DNA of 63,611 bases, the filler included, from Dimargaris cristalligena (lineage: Eukaryota), in the NCBI GenBank assembly GCA_003614675.1. It is 6 parts of 6 records of this genome, joined end to end, with 100 filler letters (N's around TTAATTAATTAA, not from the genome) between each part and the next. Parts side by side here need not be neighbours in the genome. Positions count along the whole stretch, not along the records: positions 21,285 to 31,807 come from ML003173.1; positions 31,908 to 42,426 come from ML003174.1; 4 more parts are not named here. One strand, given 5' to 3'. Both the position numbers and the translations under genes were made by a program. Below are positions 24,301 to 33,792 of this stretch, piece after piece (positions within the stretch are counted from its first letter, which is position 1; every line of letters starts with the position of its first letter). The notes under the pieces are model-generated. The model had not been told where the DNA came from. It saw only the letters and a program-made list of their open reading frames with translations, and made no database searches.

Positions 24301-26400
24301 TCCCGGCTCGTCGAAGAATACCAGGTCCGGGTGGATGACGAAATCCGCGTAACCTGGGTGGACGACGAAGTGGCTCGGCTCTACCGGGACTCCCCCGAAG
24401 CCCACGAAGCCTTTTCCCAGCTTCTACCGGCCCAGCGCTATTGTGTTTCCATAGGCCGGGTCTTACAGAATGCCCTGGCGGAATACGCCGGGGTCGGGAA
24501 AGCCGTTCGATCCATTTGCCACCATCCGTTACAGCCCCTCCTATCCGAAGACGTGGCGGCCCGCTACATAGAACGGGCTTTCGTTAATATCACCAACGAC
24601 GTAGGCGTGGACGTCAACCTAGCCCTCCAATTCCCCCACCACGCCTCGGCGCTCCAATATGTAGCTGGGTTGGGTCCGCGTAAGGTGACCAGTTTCCTGA
24701 AACGGTTGGAGGCCACCTCGGGCAGTCGTCTAGACTCCCGAGCCGGCCTGATCCTTAACCAGGTGGTGACCCGAGTCATCTTTATGAACTGTGCCAGTTT
24801 CCTGCGGGTCGTACCACCGGAGTACGATGTACTGGATGATACCCGTATCCACCCCGAGGATTACGAACTGGCCCGTAAAATGGCCACGGATGCGCTGGAA
24901 GTTGAAGTGGAAGGCGATCCCGATGACGACAACCCCTCCCTGCACGTCGAGGAGCTTATGCGGAGTGACCCGGAGAAGCTGAACGAACTGCTATTGGAAG
25001 ACTACGCCCAGGAACTGGAGAAACAACTCAAGCAGCCGAAACTGGAGGTCCTCCGGGGCATCAAGCGGGAACTGCAGCACCCCTTCGCCGACCACCGGGC
25101 CGAATGGACGGCCCCTACCGTGGACCGGGTGTTCACTATGCTGACTGGCGAAACCGATCTCACCCTCTGGCCTAACCAGGTGGTGGTGGCGGTGGTCCAG
25201 CGCGTACGGGAACGGTTCGCCATGTGTAAATTGGACTCGGACCTCGATGGGTTCCTACCCATCAGCCGAGTGATGGACGAACGGATCGACCAAATTTCGG
25301 ACTACCTCGTGGAGGGACAGGCCCTGCCCTGTGTCGTCGTGCAGGTTCACAAGGACAAATGTTCGGCGGACCTTTCGACCCGCGATTCCGACCTGGCCCA
25401 GGCCCGCCAATGGAACCGCGAATTCCGACCCGAACTGGATCGCTACTTCGATCGGGAAGCCGAGCGGCAACTCCTGGGTCAACAGGAACGCGAGGAGCGG
25501 CGCCGCACTATGGGCCCCAACGGAGGGGGCTCCGGTCGTCCCAACCGAATGATTAACCATCCGCTATTTAAGCCTATGCGTTCCCGAGAAGCCGAGGCCT
25601 ATTTGGACAATCGTCCGATCGGTGATGTGGTTATCCGACCCTCCTCCCGGGGCAATGATCATATTGCCATCACCTGGAAAGTGTGCGACGGGGTGTACCA
25701 ACATGTCGACGTTAAAGAGGAGGATAAAGAGTCCGACGCTGCGGTGGGCCGTCGCCTACGGGTGAGTCGGGAGGATTGGTACTCGGACCTGGATGAATTG
25801 CTGGCCTCCCACATTGAGCCCATGGCCAAACGGGTTGAACAAATGCTCGAGCACCCCAAATACGAACCCAAAACCTTGGACGAAGTCAGCCTCACGCTCC
25901 GGTCGTCCTGTAATTCTAAACAAAAGGGGGATTACGCGTTCATTCTGTGTGCCTCCCGTCCGGGTTGGTTCGAACTGGTGTTCATGTCGTCTCCCCAGGC
26001 GCCGGTAAAATCCTGGAAGGTCCAGGTGTGCCCGAATTCGTACAAACTCGGGGAGACCGCCTACACCAGTGTCGGGGAACTTATCAATGGATTCAAACGT
26101 ATGCAAATGAACTTGAGTCGGGCCGGTGGGGGATCGGGACCGTCGGGTAGTAGTCACCACAGTTCCTCACGGCCGGCGAGTGGCAGTGGTAGTAGCTACC
26201 ATCGCTCGTCGTCCAGTTCCTACCATCCCCAGTCGTCTTCCAGTCGGCCCAGTGGATCGTCTTCATCAGCATCGTCCCACCGGGACACGGACCGGTATGG
26301 TTCGTCGTCATCGTCATCCGATCGGTACCGCAACCAGTGGGACCGTGAGCCTACCCGCCATTCCGTTGGTCGTTCGTCATCATCATCCGGTTGGAATTAA
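21349..26400 (+). CDS. SPT6: Transcription elongation factor / histone chaperone Spt6
   Basis: 1683-aa intronless ORF. Acidic N-terminus, LKDIFEPAEL..MTDRDNIIRARDIPERMQ, YqgF-like domain and HhH (GLGPRK), LDDTRIHPEDYELARKMATDALE, S1 domain, tandem SH2 (VIRPSSRGNDHIAITWKV), Ser-rich tail. Confidence 0.98.
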   Translation: MSNADFSDDLPNDDLPQPPPRKVAGKRPVSYSSYPPPPRSHSSASGSEEGSGSDVDSEEEEDDDDEAAVSEMRQSGFIVDDEDEDEEDDLNHRSRHHKKRHHRERSPPRDQSHSPVRPRATTDRSRSASPRSDEGSEPSDRERDGGRHRHKKRRKKGYTSEEEQLDDEDLALMEENLGYSSHARPAENKLRRLQRGRGSAAAHREPREREEDLSRMFDEEEDVPRDSGRARGYGSDEDRVGGHSAYRRSSAGRSNYHHDEMEDFIANEDEDEDDGYGRGRSVGHGDREEIVFDDENDLDQDELPAGLDDEAVGDYRRTVSSKSRAAMASMIPDSIGQGLDPETWQNLFEVFGDGTEYDFALEVAPPAAPGRRGARAVGGLHDGDDGYGGDMGDGDFPEVQLKDIFEPAELEHKLMTDRDNIIRARDIPERMQIQMEVLTPYSASTNDDYDDEGTDSARRGAKFSMSRQLTDQEVEEQTEWVLQHLRQPQHEHQLMEYTAAVINVCRFIGQDFLEVPFIAANRQDYLMYTHQAMSDSLADGQDSRQAILNRDDLWSLFDLDIKFRTFVERKHEVAELVRKLERMVPTTQTPESDTYPLSYIHRILEQIQSVEEVHDLVEYLHLIYGGHFSRLRLRNGNPSTRGLDNDLEDLSLGRAENGPSGLKRPQKHVLYEKTRRSPVAAFAARAAMSSQHFATNYCEQNMQYFPESPSEGIEELAAKFISSEFGSTITVSKAAKAMLALEIAYDPLIRRQVRMVAQYCTVVSVEPTRKGEFAIDNLHPYYPFKFLRQKPVAELTESGQFLSILKGEQDGLLSVHIGFPPSSNILDAMIKFYESTYVSETAQKWNAFRREILQMAYKEYLLPLVEKYSREWLRSKAEEWAGRQVQAALERKLNVKPCLPYRMKEGQCPRVLSLTSVEGKNARDCPVMWAMLDSKGQLVESGVIADLRDPDNAKLLMGLLEKRQPDVVGIAGSNLATKRMFEDVSRLVEEYQVRVDDEIRVTWVDDEVARLYRDSPEAHEAFSQLLPAQRYCVSIGRVLQNALAEYAGVGKAVRSICHHPLQPLLSEDVAARYIERAFVNITNDVGVDVNLALQFPHHASALQYVAGLGPRKVTSFLKRLEATSGSRLDSRAGLILNQVVTRVIFMNCASFLRVVPPEYDVLDDTRIHPEDYELARKMATDALEVEVEGDPDDDNPSLHVEELMRSDPEKLNELLLEDYAQELEKQLKQPKLEVLRGIKRELQHPFADHRAEWTAPTVDRVFTMLTGETDLTLWPNQVVVAVVQRVRERFAMCKLDSDLDGFLPISRVMDERIDQISDYLVEGQALPCVVVQVHKDKCSADLSTRDSDLAQARQWNREFRPELDRYFDREAERQLLGQQEREERRRTMGPNGGGSGRPNRMINHPLFKPMRSREAEAYLDNRPIGDVVIRPSSRGNDHIAITWKVCDGVYQHVDVKEEDKESDAAVGRRLRVSREDWYSDLDELLASHIEPMAKRVEQMLEHPKYEPKTLDEVSLTLRSSCNSKQKGDYAFILCASRPGWFELVFMSSPQAPVKSWKVQVCPNSYKLGETAYTSVGELINGFKRMQMNLSRAGGGSGPSGSSHHSSSRPASGSGSSYHRSSSSSYHPQSSSSRPSGSSSSASSHRDTDRYGSSSSSSDRYRNQWDREPTRHSVGRSSSSSGWN

Positions 26401-26728
26401 CGGGATGTAATGACTCTTTCAGCTTGTACTTAGTTTAATTTTTGAGATAGTTTTTTTTTTCTTTTCCTTTTTATTTCCATGTGATCATTGCTTTTCCTAT
26501 TATTGGCTATGGACCTGCCGTACACAGTGCACGCCCCATTACGGTTTGCGTCTTAATTATGGTAGGTACTTTTTAAACCCCTAAAGTAAAGACCCGCTTA
26601 TTTATATCATCGGGATACTGGTTTTTTACACGGTCCACTGACCTGGATGGCGAAATGTTGAAAACCCCTATCTTTGATCCAAATTTTGTGCAATGCCTCT
26701 TGGTGATGACTGCGGCCTTGGTATTTTC

Positions 26729-26806
26729 ATATGGGTGAACTTCAGCCCAGCTGTATAAGATTTTACATGATTCGTATATGTGAGAATATGTGGGTGAAAT
26801 CATTAT
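26729..26806. mobile_element. Left part of a MITE copy, interrupted by the mariner
   Basis: ATATGGGTGAACTTCAGCCCAGCTGTATAAG matches the left end of the copies at 32649 and 60153. It ends at the TA flanking the mariner TIR. Confidence 0.7.
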
Positions 26807-26808
26807 TA

Positions 26809-28118
26809 CACGGTCTGACCCAAAAGTTTTATCAATAGTACTCTGAAATGAAAACGGTTTAAGATATTTATATTTTTTTCTGTTTATTTAAAATAAGATC
26901 CTTTTTCATTAGTACACCACTGGAGTCACCTAAACAATGAGTGGAAGTAGCTTAGAAATCCATCCTTCAAGATGCCCTTTAGGGTATTGGTCATAGTGTC
27001 TTAGATGTCCTGTATGGAGCCATAATACTCCCCTTTCATAACCAGCTTAAGTTTTGGGAATAGCCAGAAGTTAGCTGGGGCTAGATCAGGTGAATACAGT
27101 GGGTAGTCAAGTACTACCACACCTCTTTTAGCTAAATATGCCCAGATAATTTTGCACTTGTTTACAGGTGCATTATTATGGAGGAGACTCCGGGATCCTT
27201 ACTTCTTGTACTCTGGCCTTATATAATTAATCCTTACTAGTAGGTGTATCAAGACTCCCAGGTAGTACTGACCAGTGACTATTTGGCCTTAGGGATTGAA
27301 TTCCTGGTGGATAATCCCCTTGGAGTTGAAGAAACCAGCAGGTAAATCTTGATTTGGCTTAGCTAAAGGTGTGATTTCTTCTGTCTTAGATCTTCAGTAC
27401 CTACCCACTCAGAGCTATTCCATTTTGTTAATAGCTCATATTGGAAGCACTAAGTCTCATTACCAGTAATAATAATTCTGGCAAAGTTTCAGTCATTTTT
27501 ACACATTTTTCTGTATGTCCAGGCTGTAGTCCACTCTGAATATCATTTAGTTATTAGTTAGCTAGTGGGGGACAGACTAGGTGCAGGACTTTTTTAGATA
27601 TAAATCCTCAACCAGAATCCTGTTAATAGTAGACCTAGGTATTCCAGTCATACCCTTAAGTAATTGGGTGGTCATCTGCCAGTCAGTTTTCAGGATATTA
27701 GTAACTATTTAGATGTATTGCATACTATACCCTTCCTTTAGGTGTCCTGAATAGGGGTTGTCCTTGATCTCTTCCTGACCTTCTTTAAAGCTTGCAAACT
27801 AATAGAAAATAGTCCTAAGAATCACAGCACCATCCCCATGGATATTTTGGATTATCTCCAGGGTCTAATTAGTACTTTTTCCAGGCTTATAACAGAGCCT
27901 AATGTTCAATTGAGTTTCAAATATTGAATGCATGAAGAGGTAGGAAAAATCAACTTAGGAAAAATAGTGTAGTAAAAAAACTGATAATGCTAGAGCTTAC
28001 AAATTTTCCCACACAATATAGTTTTTATTTACCTATTTAAAATTATTTCACATTAAAAGATGGTACATGTGAAATCAATTTTACAGCCCCAGTGACAAAA
28101 ATTTTGGGTCAGGCCATA
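26809..28118 (-). mobile_element. Full-length but inactivated mariner (DD34D) DNA transposon, 1310 bp, TA target duplication
   Basis: Left TIR is CACGGTCTGACCCAAAAGTTTTATCA; the right TIR (reverse complement) is TATGGCCTGACCCAAAATTTTTGTCA. TA lies at 26807-26808 and 28119-28120. The minus-strand pseudo-ORF from ATG 27933 has an HTH region, VPH*LT, IITGNET*CFQY, LLHNNAP and YSPDLAPANFWLFPKLK, with 34 residues between D2 and D3. Confidence 0.93.
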
Positions 28119-29070
28119 TATCATGGCTGGTATCCTTAGTTTTTTTTTTTTGAGAGGTACACTGGATAAATCACAATATGATTAGTGTGTATTGGTAGAG
28201 ACACCTTACTTGAGTAAGGTAAAAGAGCAGTCTCATGGTGGGCCATGCTGAATAAATAAATTGGTGATTTAATTACAATAATGATAGGCAGATAAAACAC
28301 TTATATAAACCAATAATAATAAATATATCTTCCATTATCAAATAGGTTGAAGCTCTTAGATATAACCACTTGTGAGAAATTAGCTGATTCACTGGGGTAG
28401 GTGATGGTAAATAATGTCCTGATGGGTATAACAATGTATTGCTGCAAAGTGCATAATTTGTGGAAGTCTATTATTTATCAAATTTATCACATATGATCAT
28501 TTCTGGAATTATTCATATTGTGCTAACCAAGGCATTGTCATCGGCCCAGTGAAAAATATAATCATCATCTTGGAAACTGTGAGTGGAAAGCAGAGGCTGT
28601 CAATGACAAAGGACCACCATTGGTGACTGTGTAAACACCTCCTAAAATGATACAACAGGTTCTTATATCTGGCACATGTAAACCCACCAATTTTTTTCCC
28701 TAATTGGCAAGGAGTGCAACCGAATCCCCAAGAAAAATTTTGGGCATGGCCTTAAGAACAAATCTGGGTCCATTATGACTATTTGCTCTCAAGTATTATA
28801 AGAAATTATTCTAAAAACTGTTTTCAAATGTATTTCTTTAAAGTAATCATTGGCCTATCCCTAGGGGAAGGAACCCATGCAGGGGAAGTTGCAGGTAGCT
28901 AGGCATTATTGGGACTTTAATTATTGATTTAACTTTATTAATCTATGCAGTTTTATTAATGAACAATTTAATCCTCATTAAAAATCTCCATGTCCTGATC
29001 ATCTCACCACCACTCTGTCTTCCCAAAAGAGACAATATCTGTACTCCCGGAACCCTGGGTCCTAGTACTA

Positions 29071-29180
29071 TACTACTTTTCAATAAAATTGACTGCTTAG
29101 GAGCACCCACCACCCTCTAGCTGCTATCTTCCTTTGCTTCCAGTTTTATTACTTTACCATTCCGTTCCAATACTAGCCAC
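29071..29180 (+). repeat. Dispersed ~110-bp repeat, copy 3 of 3
   Basis: TTCAATAAAATTGACTGCTTAG..CCCTCTAGCTGCTATCTTCCTTTGCTTCCAGTTTTATT. Confidence 0.65.
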
Positions 29181-29606
29181 CGATGACCTGACTAGGAGCC
29201 ATCCTTTCAATAACCCAGTCAACAATTTTTAACAACCCTGACATAACCCTATCTAGCTAACCATCATCGTCTCATGAGCGAGGAGCAGGTTTATCACAAG
29301 GAATGTCACCCCCCAAAGGTTCATAAAACCCTGTTCACCAGTCGCCTACTTAAATATATCATCAGATTAGTATTGGCCATACAAAAGGCCATCAGCTCGA
29401 CTCCTTCATCCCTTTAATTTACTGGTACTTCTAATACTACCCAATAATGTCAGACTTCATTTTCCTCTTTATTAAAAAAACCCTTACTATTCACCTTTTA
29501 AATAAGCGAAACCGATACACCACCACAACCATATACCCCATTACGTTTATTTAAGTAATGATAATAAATGATACGTATTTATGCCAAATTATTGAAAATG
29601 GATATA

Positions 29607-29978
29607 CTAGTTATCCATAATGATACCCACTAGTTTTTGTAGCGCTTCAGGAGTATATGGCTCATTCATGACGTTCTTGTGATTTAGATAATAGTGTATT
29701 TTGTTGCGGGCCACGCACGCCACACGCGGCAATCGATAATGAACTTTAAAGACCCAATTTTGGCCTTCTAAATACTCGTCTGGGCAATCGCCACGATATA
29801 CGCAAATGAACCATCTCTCATTGCCCCTATCCGTCTCTTTCTTCGCAACTGTAAGAACAATGCGGAACGCCGGTGTTGTATATTTATGCCAATTAGTCGA
29901 TTTAATTCGATCAAGCGGAATACCGGCGTTTCCTAAAGCGGCTATAATCGAATCGGAGCGGACTGTGTATTCTTCCAT
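29607..29978 (-). CDS. Hypothetical 123-aa protein, atypical (foreign-like) codon usage
   Basis: AAAATGG start context, globular-looking sequence (MEEYTVRSDSIIAALGNAGIPLDRI...). No family recognised. Confidence 0.4.
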   Translation of the reverse strand: MEEYTVRSDSIIAALGNAGIPLDRIKSTNWHKYTTPAFRIVLTVAKKETDRGNERWFICVYRGDCPDEYLEGQNWVFKVHYRLPRVACVARNKIHYYLNHKNVMNEPYTPEALQKLVGIIMDN

Positions 29979-30560
29979 TTTCGCGGCTTTGTTGGTAATG
30001 CTGATGGTTACCCTCCAGCACCTAGTGGAAAATGGAATGGTAAATACAATGTATCTGCGGTGGTTAGTACAGTGTATTCCTTGGTTAACAAGTCTATATA
30101 CTGCGTATTTGTTTGTAAATCGCAAGAGCGGCTTATAGTTGGTGACATAGCTAGAAATATCATGCCTGACTACACCATCTACCATTTGGGATCGGAAGGT
30201 ACCGTATCAACGGAGCCATTAATGCCCACTGAGTATAAAGGGGATCTCGAATATTATACCGCCATAAATAACCCAATCATAGACTATCTGGCTATTGGCG
30301 AAGTCCCATTTGAAACACTAATATGCACCAAAAATGCTTATAGCTACGATATATACAATGATAATACACCGGAATTAGTACCATGGCTGTCTTTACCTGC
30401 TGCTGTGAACAAGCTTGCTGATTATATCGGTACTGTAGAGCCAGGGGCGCAGTTCTCGGGTGGTCAATTTGGCGATTATACGGGATACAATGACCTTTCG
30501 ATGACTTTAAGCGAAGTTGACTGGTGGCGGGGTTGGTGTTACAAATACGCCAAAACATAA
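29937..30560 (+). CDS. Hypothetical protein (open frame ~207 codons; first ATG at 30162), possibly 5'-truncated
   Basis: Stop-free frame rich in Y/D/W/G (…GQFGDYTGYNDLSMTLSEVDWWRGWCYKY). A/T-ending codons are unlike host genes. Confidence 0.4.
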   Translation, partial: SGYNRIGADCVFFHFRGFVGNADGYPPAPSGKWNGKYNVSAVVSTVYSLVNKSIYCVFVCKSQERLIVGDIARNIMPDYTIYHLGSEGTVSTEPLMPTEYKGDLEYYTAINNPIIDYLAIGEVPFETLICTKNAYSYDIYNDNTPELVPWLSLPAAVNKLADYIGTVEPGAQFSGGQFGDYTGYNDLSMTLSEVDWWRGWCYKYAKT

Positions 30561-31437
30561 AATAACTGCGTGTTAAACTGATGTTTTGTGGGGGACGAAT
30601 TCCCAGTTATTTATAGTAAACTATTTTAAATGGGTTGTCAGCAGGTTGGATTGTTCGAGCAACTAGGCGTATACAGAGACTGAGTGAATTTAGAAGTATC
30701 AGCCCTCCCACCATTGCGCCGCAGTCAAGGATGAGTTGTGTCGGGTGGTGGTATCATAGAAGTGCCACAGCCAATACTCAGTTTTATAACCAAGTATTAC
30801 GGGTTTCTGCACAGCATGGTCAATGGACGAGGTGGCATTTGTACTGTTTAATAACATTAAGTGGAACTCCAACCATGGACCCCAGCTCCTCTCCACAGCT
30901 ACGGAGTCGGGAATCTGTGTAAAAACACCACTCTACATATTGACAAGCACCCTTGTCCTCTGTATAGCCATGCATAAGAATACCTTGGTGGCTTCCTAAG
31001 CCGGATATGACTAAGGAGGTCGCTGACCGTTACCGCAGTACCTCACAACGGACATCGTCAGTGGTCGCTATCCACCGTTTTTACACACGTAGCTTGTGGC
31101 GAAACTATGGCAATCTTTTTACTGGGTCATTTCCCGGTTTGAATCGGCGGGTTTCCTCTCCCAATGTATTAATCATTGATAGGGCCTTGTTTTCTATAAA
31201 ACAAAAGGCGGGCTTATTATATGACCTTCCTTCCTGCACCATATGGTACCCGTCTTACGTCCCCACCAGCCTAAAGCAATAAGGATATCCACCCTCAGAA
31301 CTTGTTCCTCCTACTCGGCAAAAATTAGTTGTATTGTGAGAAAAGAACCGACCAAATTGGCGATAGGCCACTACCAAAGGGTGGCCACGCCCCTCGTTCG
31401 CACCTGTGAGCTTAGTAACTTGAAGCCAAAGTCCAGC

Positions 31438-31806
31438 CGGGGTGACCCAAATTGATTCCATCTCATGCACGGCTACAGCAGTCACACCTTCAAGCTGGTC
31501 GACAACCACTGCAAGTTTCATTTCTTCAAGTGGCACTTGAGCACCAACCAGAGTGTCAAGAACCTGGCCCCTCAGCGGGCCGCCCAGCTCGAGGGTGAGA
31601 ACCCCGACTATGCCACCCAGGACCTATTCAATGCCATCGCTGACAATAACTTCCCCAGATGGGCCGCTTACATTCAGGTCATGGAGCCCGAATATACCAA
31701 GAAATCCCGCTACGACATCTTTGACATCACCATGGTGTGGTCCCAAAAGGAATACCCCCTGATGGAAGTGGGCAAGTTTACTCTCAACCGCAACCCCGAG
31801 AACTAA
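31438..31806 (+). pseudogene. Monofunctional heme catalase fragment (pseudogene)
   Basis: RGDPN*FHLMHGYSSHTFKLV..KWH..NPDYATQDLFNAI..YIQVM..DIFDITMVWSQKEYPLMEVGKFTLNRNPEN*. TGA sits at a conserved Gly and TAA at the conserved Tyr of NPENYF. No upstream catalase sequence is visible, and the contig ends here. Confidence 0.88.
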
Positions 31807-31807
31807 T

Positions 31808-31907
31808 NNNNNNNNNNNNNNNNNNNNNNNNNNNNNNNNNNNNNNNNNNNNTTAATTAATTAANNNNNNNNNNNNNNNNNNNNNNNNNNNNNNNNNNNNN
31901 NNNNNNN
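31808..31907. other. Artificial contig linker
   Basis: N44-TTAATTAATTAA-N44. Confidence 0.97.
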
Positions 31908-32648
31908 GCTAGTAGCCCGCTTGGCCATGCCCAATGCCCCGCCTACCATTAGAAGCCTATCCCCAAGACTCTTAATGGACTAAGAGTGGTTAATTTGGGT
32001 GACATTCAATATTAGGATAATGTCCCCCTCACAGGCTGGAGGTGTATAACTGGCACCTGGACAAGTGTGACCAGAATGCCAAGTGGTGCAGACAAAAGGG
32101 CGCCCATTCACCAAAGTACCCCCCCCTTCCCTCCAGTGAATTTCCCCCCGGGTAGCCACTTGAAGATTTTTTATGCTACTACTAAAAGCTGCTGTGATTG
32201 GCAAGCAAATGTATTTGAGCAAAAGGGTATTGTACTACATTACCCTATGGTCAGCTCCAGTTAACGAGAAATGGCCAACTGGTATGCCAACTATTTACGA
32301 TGTGGTAGCTATACCTCTTCCACCTCCTTGGTATATAGTTGAACAGCCCAGAGATGTCTGTGTAGAATATGCGACACGGATGGAGGAGCCAGTGGATACA
32401 GGGGTGGTGGATGGTCTTAGGCTATTCACTCGACCACATGGAGATTAGCCTTCACTGTCATACAAACTGGGTCTGTATCTCCTTTGGCCTAAGTCCGCAA
32501 TATATGATACAGTGCCCATATGACACATACAAGTCACTATCCTAACTTACCAATGGCTTAGCTATACCCGAAATAAAGTTAGCACTATATCTGGGCAAAT
32601 TACTACTACGGGATACGTATGTCAAAATGGTTGTGAATAGTCAAAAGT

Positions 32649-32792
32649 ATATGGGTGAAGTTCAGCTTGGTTGTATAAGGTTTTAACCGATATGTGTATG
32701 GGAAAATTGGTGGGATGTTTATTTTCAACCAGTAGTACCTGCCTCATCAAATGGATTTTTCGTTATACAGCTTGGATGAACTTCTCCCATAT
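32649..32792. mobile_element. MITE-like element, 144 bp, ~30-bp imperfect terminal inverted repeats
   Basis: Left end ATATGGGTGAAGTTCAGCTTGGTTGTATAA; right end (reverse complement) ATATGGGAGAAGTTCATCCAAGCTGTATAA. Homologous copies occur on other contigs. Confidence 0.8.
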
Positions 32793-33384
32793 GTGTATAT
32801 GTTTATGGGGGGGGGTATGTTAGAGATCAGCAGGTATATTGGGGGGCTTGGGTCTTGGGGTAAACTAATATCCACTTGGTCTATATTTCCACTAACTCCA
32901 AATCCCCATGCCGTCTGACTATGCAGGCGGTGGGAAGGAGAGGGAGCTGAGGAGGTTGTACGAATGATCTACCATTGTCCTTAGGTAATGGGATACTCCG
33001 AACCATTATCTAGGAAAAGGTATCTGTTACTCATGACCAACGCCGGTGGGTACTCCAGGGTTTTATGCATATCTCTATAATGTATTTTTAGGTGCTATTG
33101 ATTTGCCGATCAAAACAATTCTCAAATAGAGCATCTACCCTGAAATTCCTTTGAGTTTAGGATCAATAAAGAGAGCGTAATGAGACCGCGAAAAACCAGG
33201 TGTGGCCGCCAACCTAGCTATGCACTAGCTCGGAGGTAGGAAAGGCGCCACCATTATTTTGTATCACATACTAACACCAATAGTAGCAATGTCTCGTCTG
33301 GGATGATCCGACTTGCCTGTAAAAGCATCGTCAGCAGGTAGTCGATGAAATATCATCGCCGATTTACTCAGTACCTGGCTGGCC

Positions 33385-33792
33385 ATGCTCGTTACCTTCG
33401 TGGCTGTAGCCTTGATCAATAACTCCACCGCTTTGCCCCTACCTTCGACCGGTCCTACTTCGATTTCCATGGACGGTTCATTGCCGACTCTTCAAAAACG
33501 AGAGCCCCTCTTTGGAGCACTTACAATGATTGGTAGGGTGGCCAAAGCCGAGTTTAGCTTCGCCAAAAAAGTGGTATCTGGTGGCAGTAGCGGCGGCGAA
33601 AAAAATAATTGCGCTCCCCCCACCCCTTCTACCCGCCAACTGATATATATATTATGTTCACAAGCTAATGCTTCCTGGGCGTTTCCTTTAGCAATCGTCA
33701 TTTCTTTCTCACTCGATATTTTTCTATTTCTATTTTTGTTATTTCTATGTTTCGTACATCATTGCCTTCCTCCTTTCACTTTATTCTCCTAG
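33385..33792 (+). CDS. Small secreted prepro-peptide (signal - pro - KR-EP - cationic amphipathic peptide); 3' end uncertain
   Basis: MLVTFVAVALINNSTA|LPLP...LQKR|EP|LFGALTMIGRVAKAEFSFAKKVVSGG. The frame past ~33610 looks like T-rich 3'UTR. Confidence 0.55.
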   Translation: MLVTFVAVALINNSTALPLPSTGPTSISMDGSLPTLQKREPLFGALTMIGRVAKAEFSFAKKVVSGGSSGGEKNNCAPPTPSTRQLIYILCSQANASWAFPLAIVISFSLDIFLFLFLLFLCFVHHCLPPFTLFS

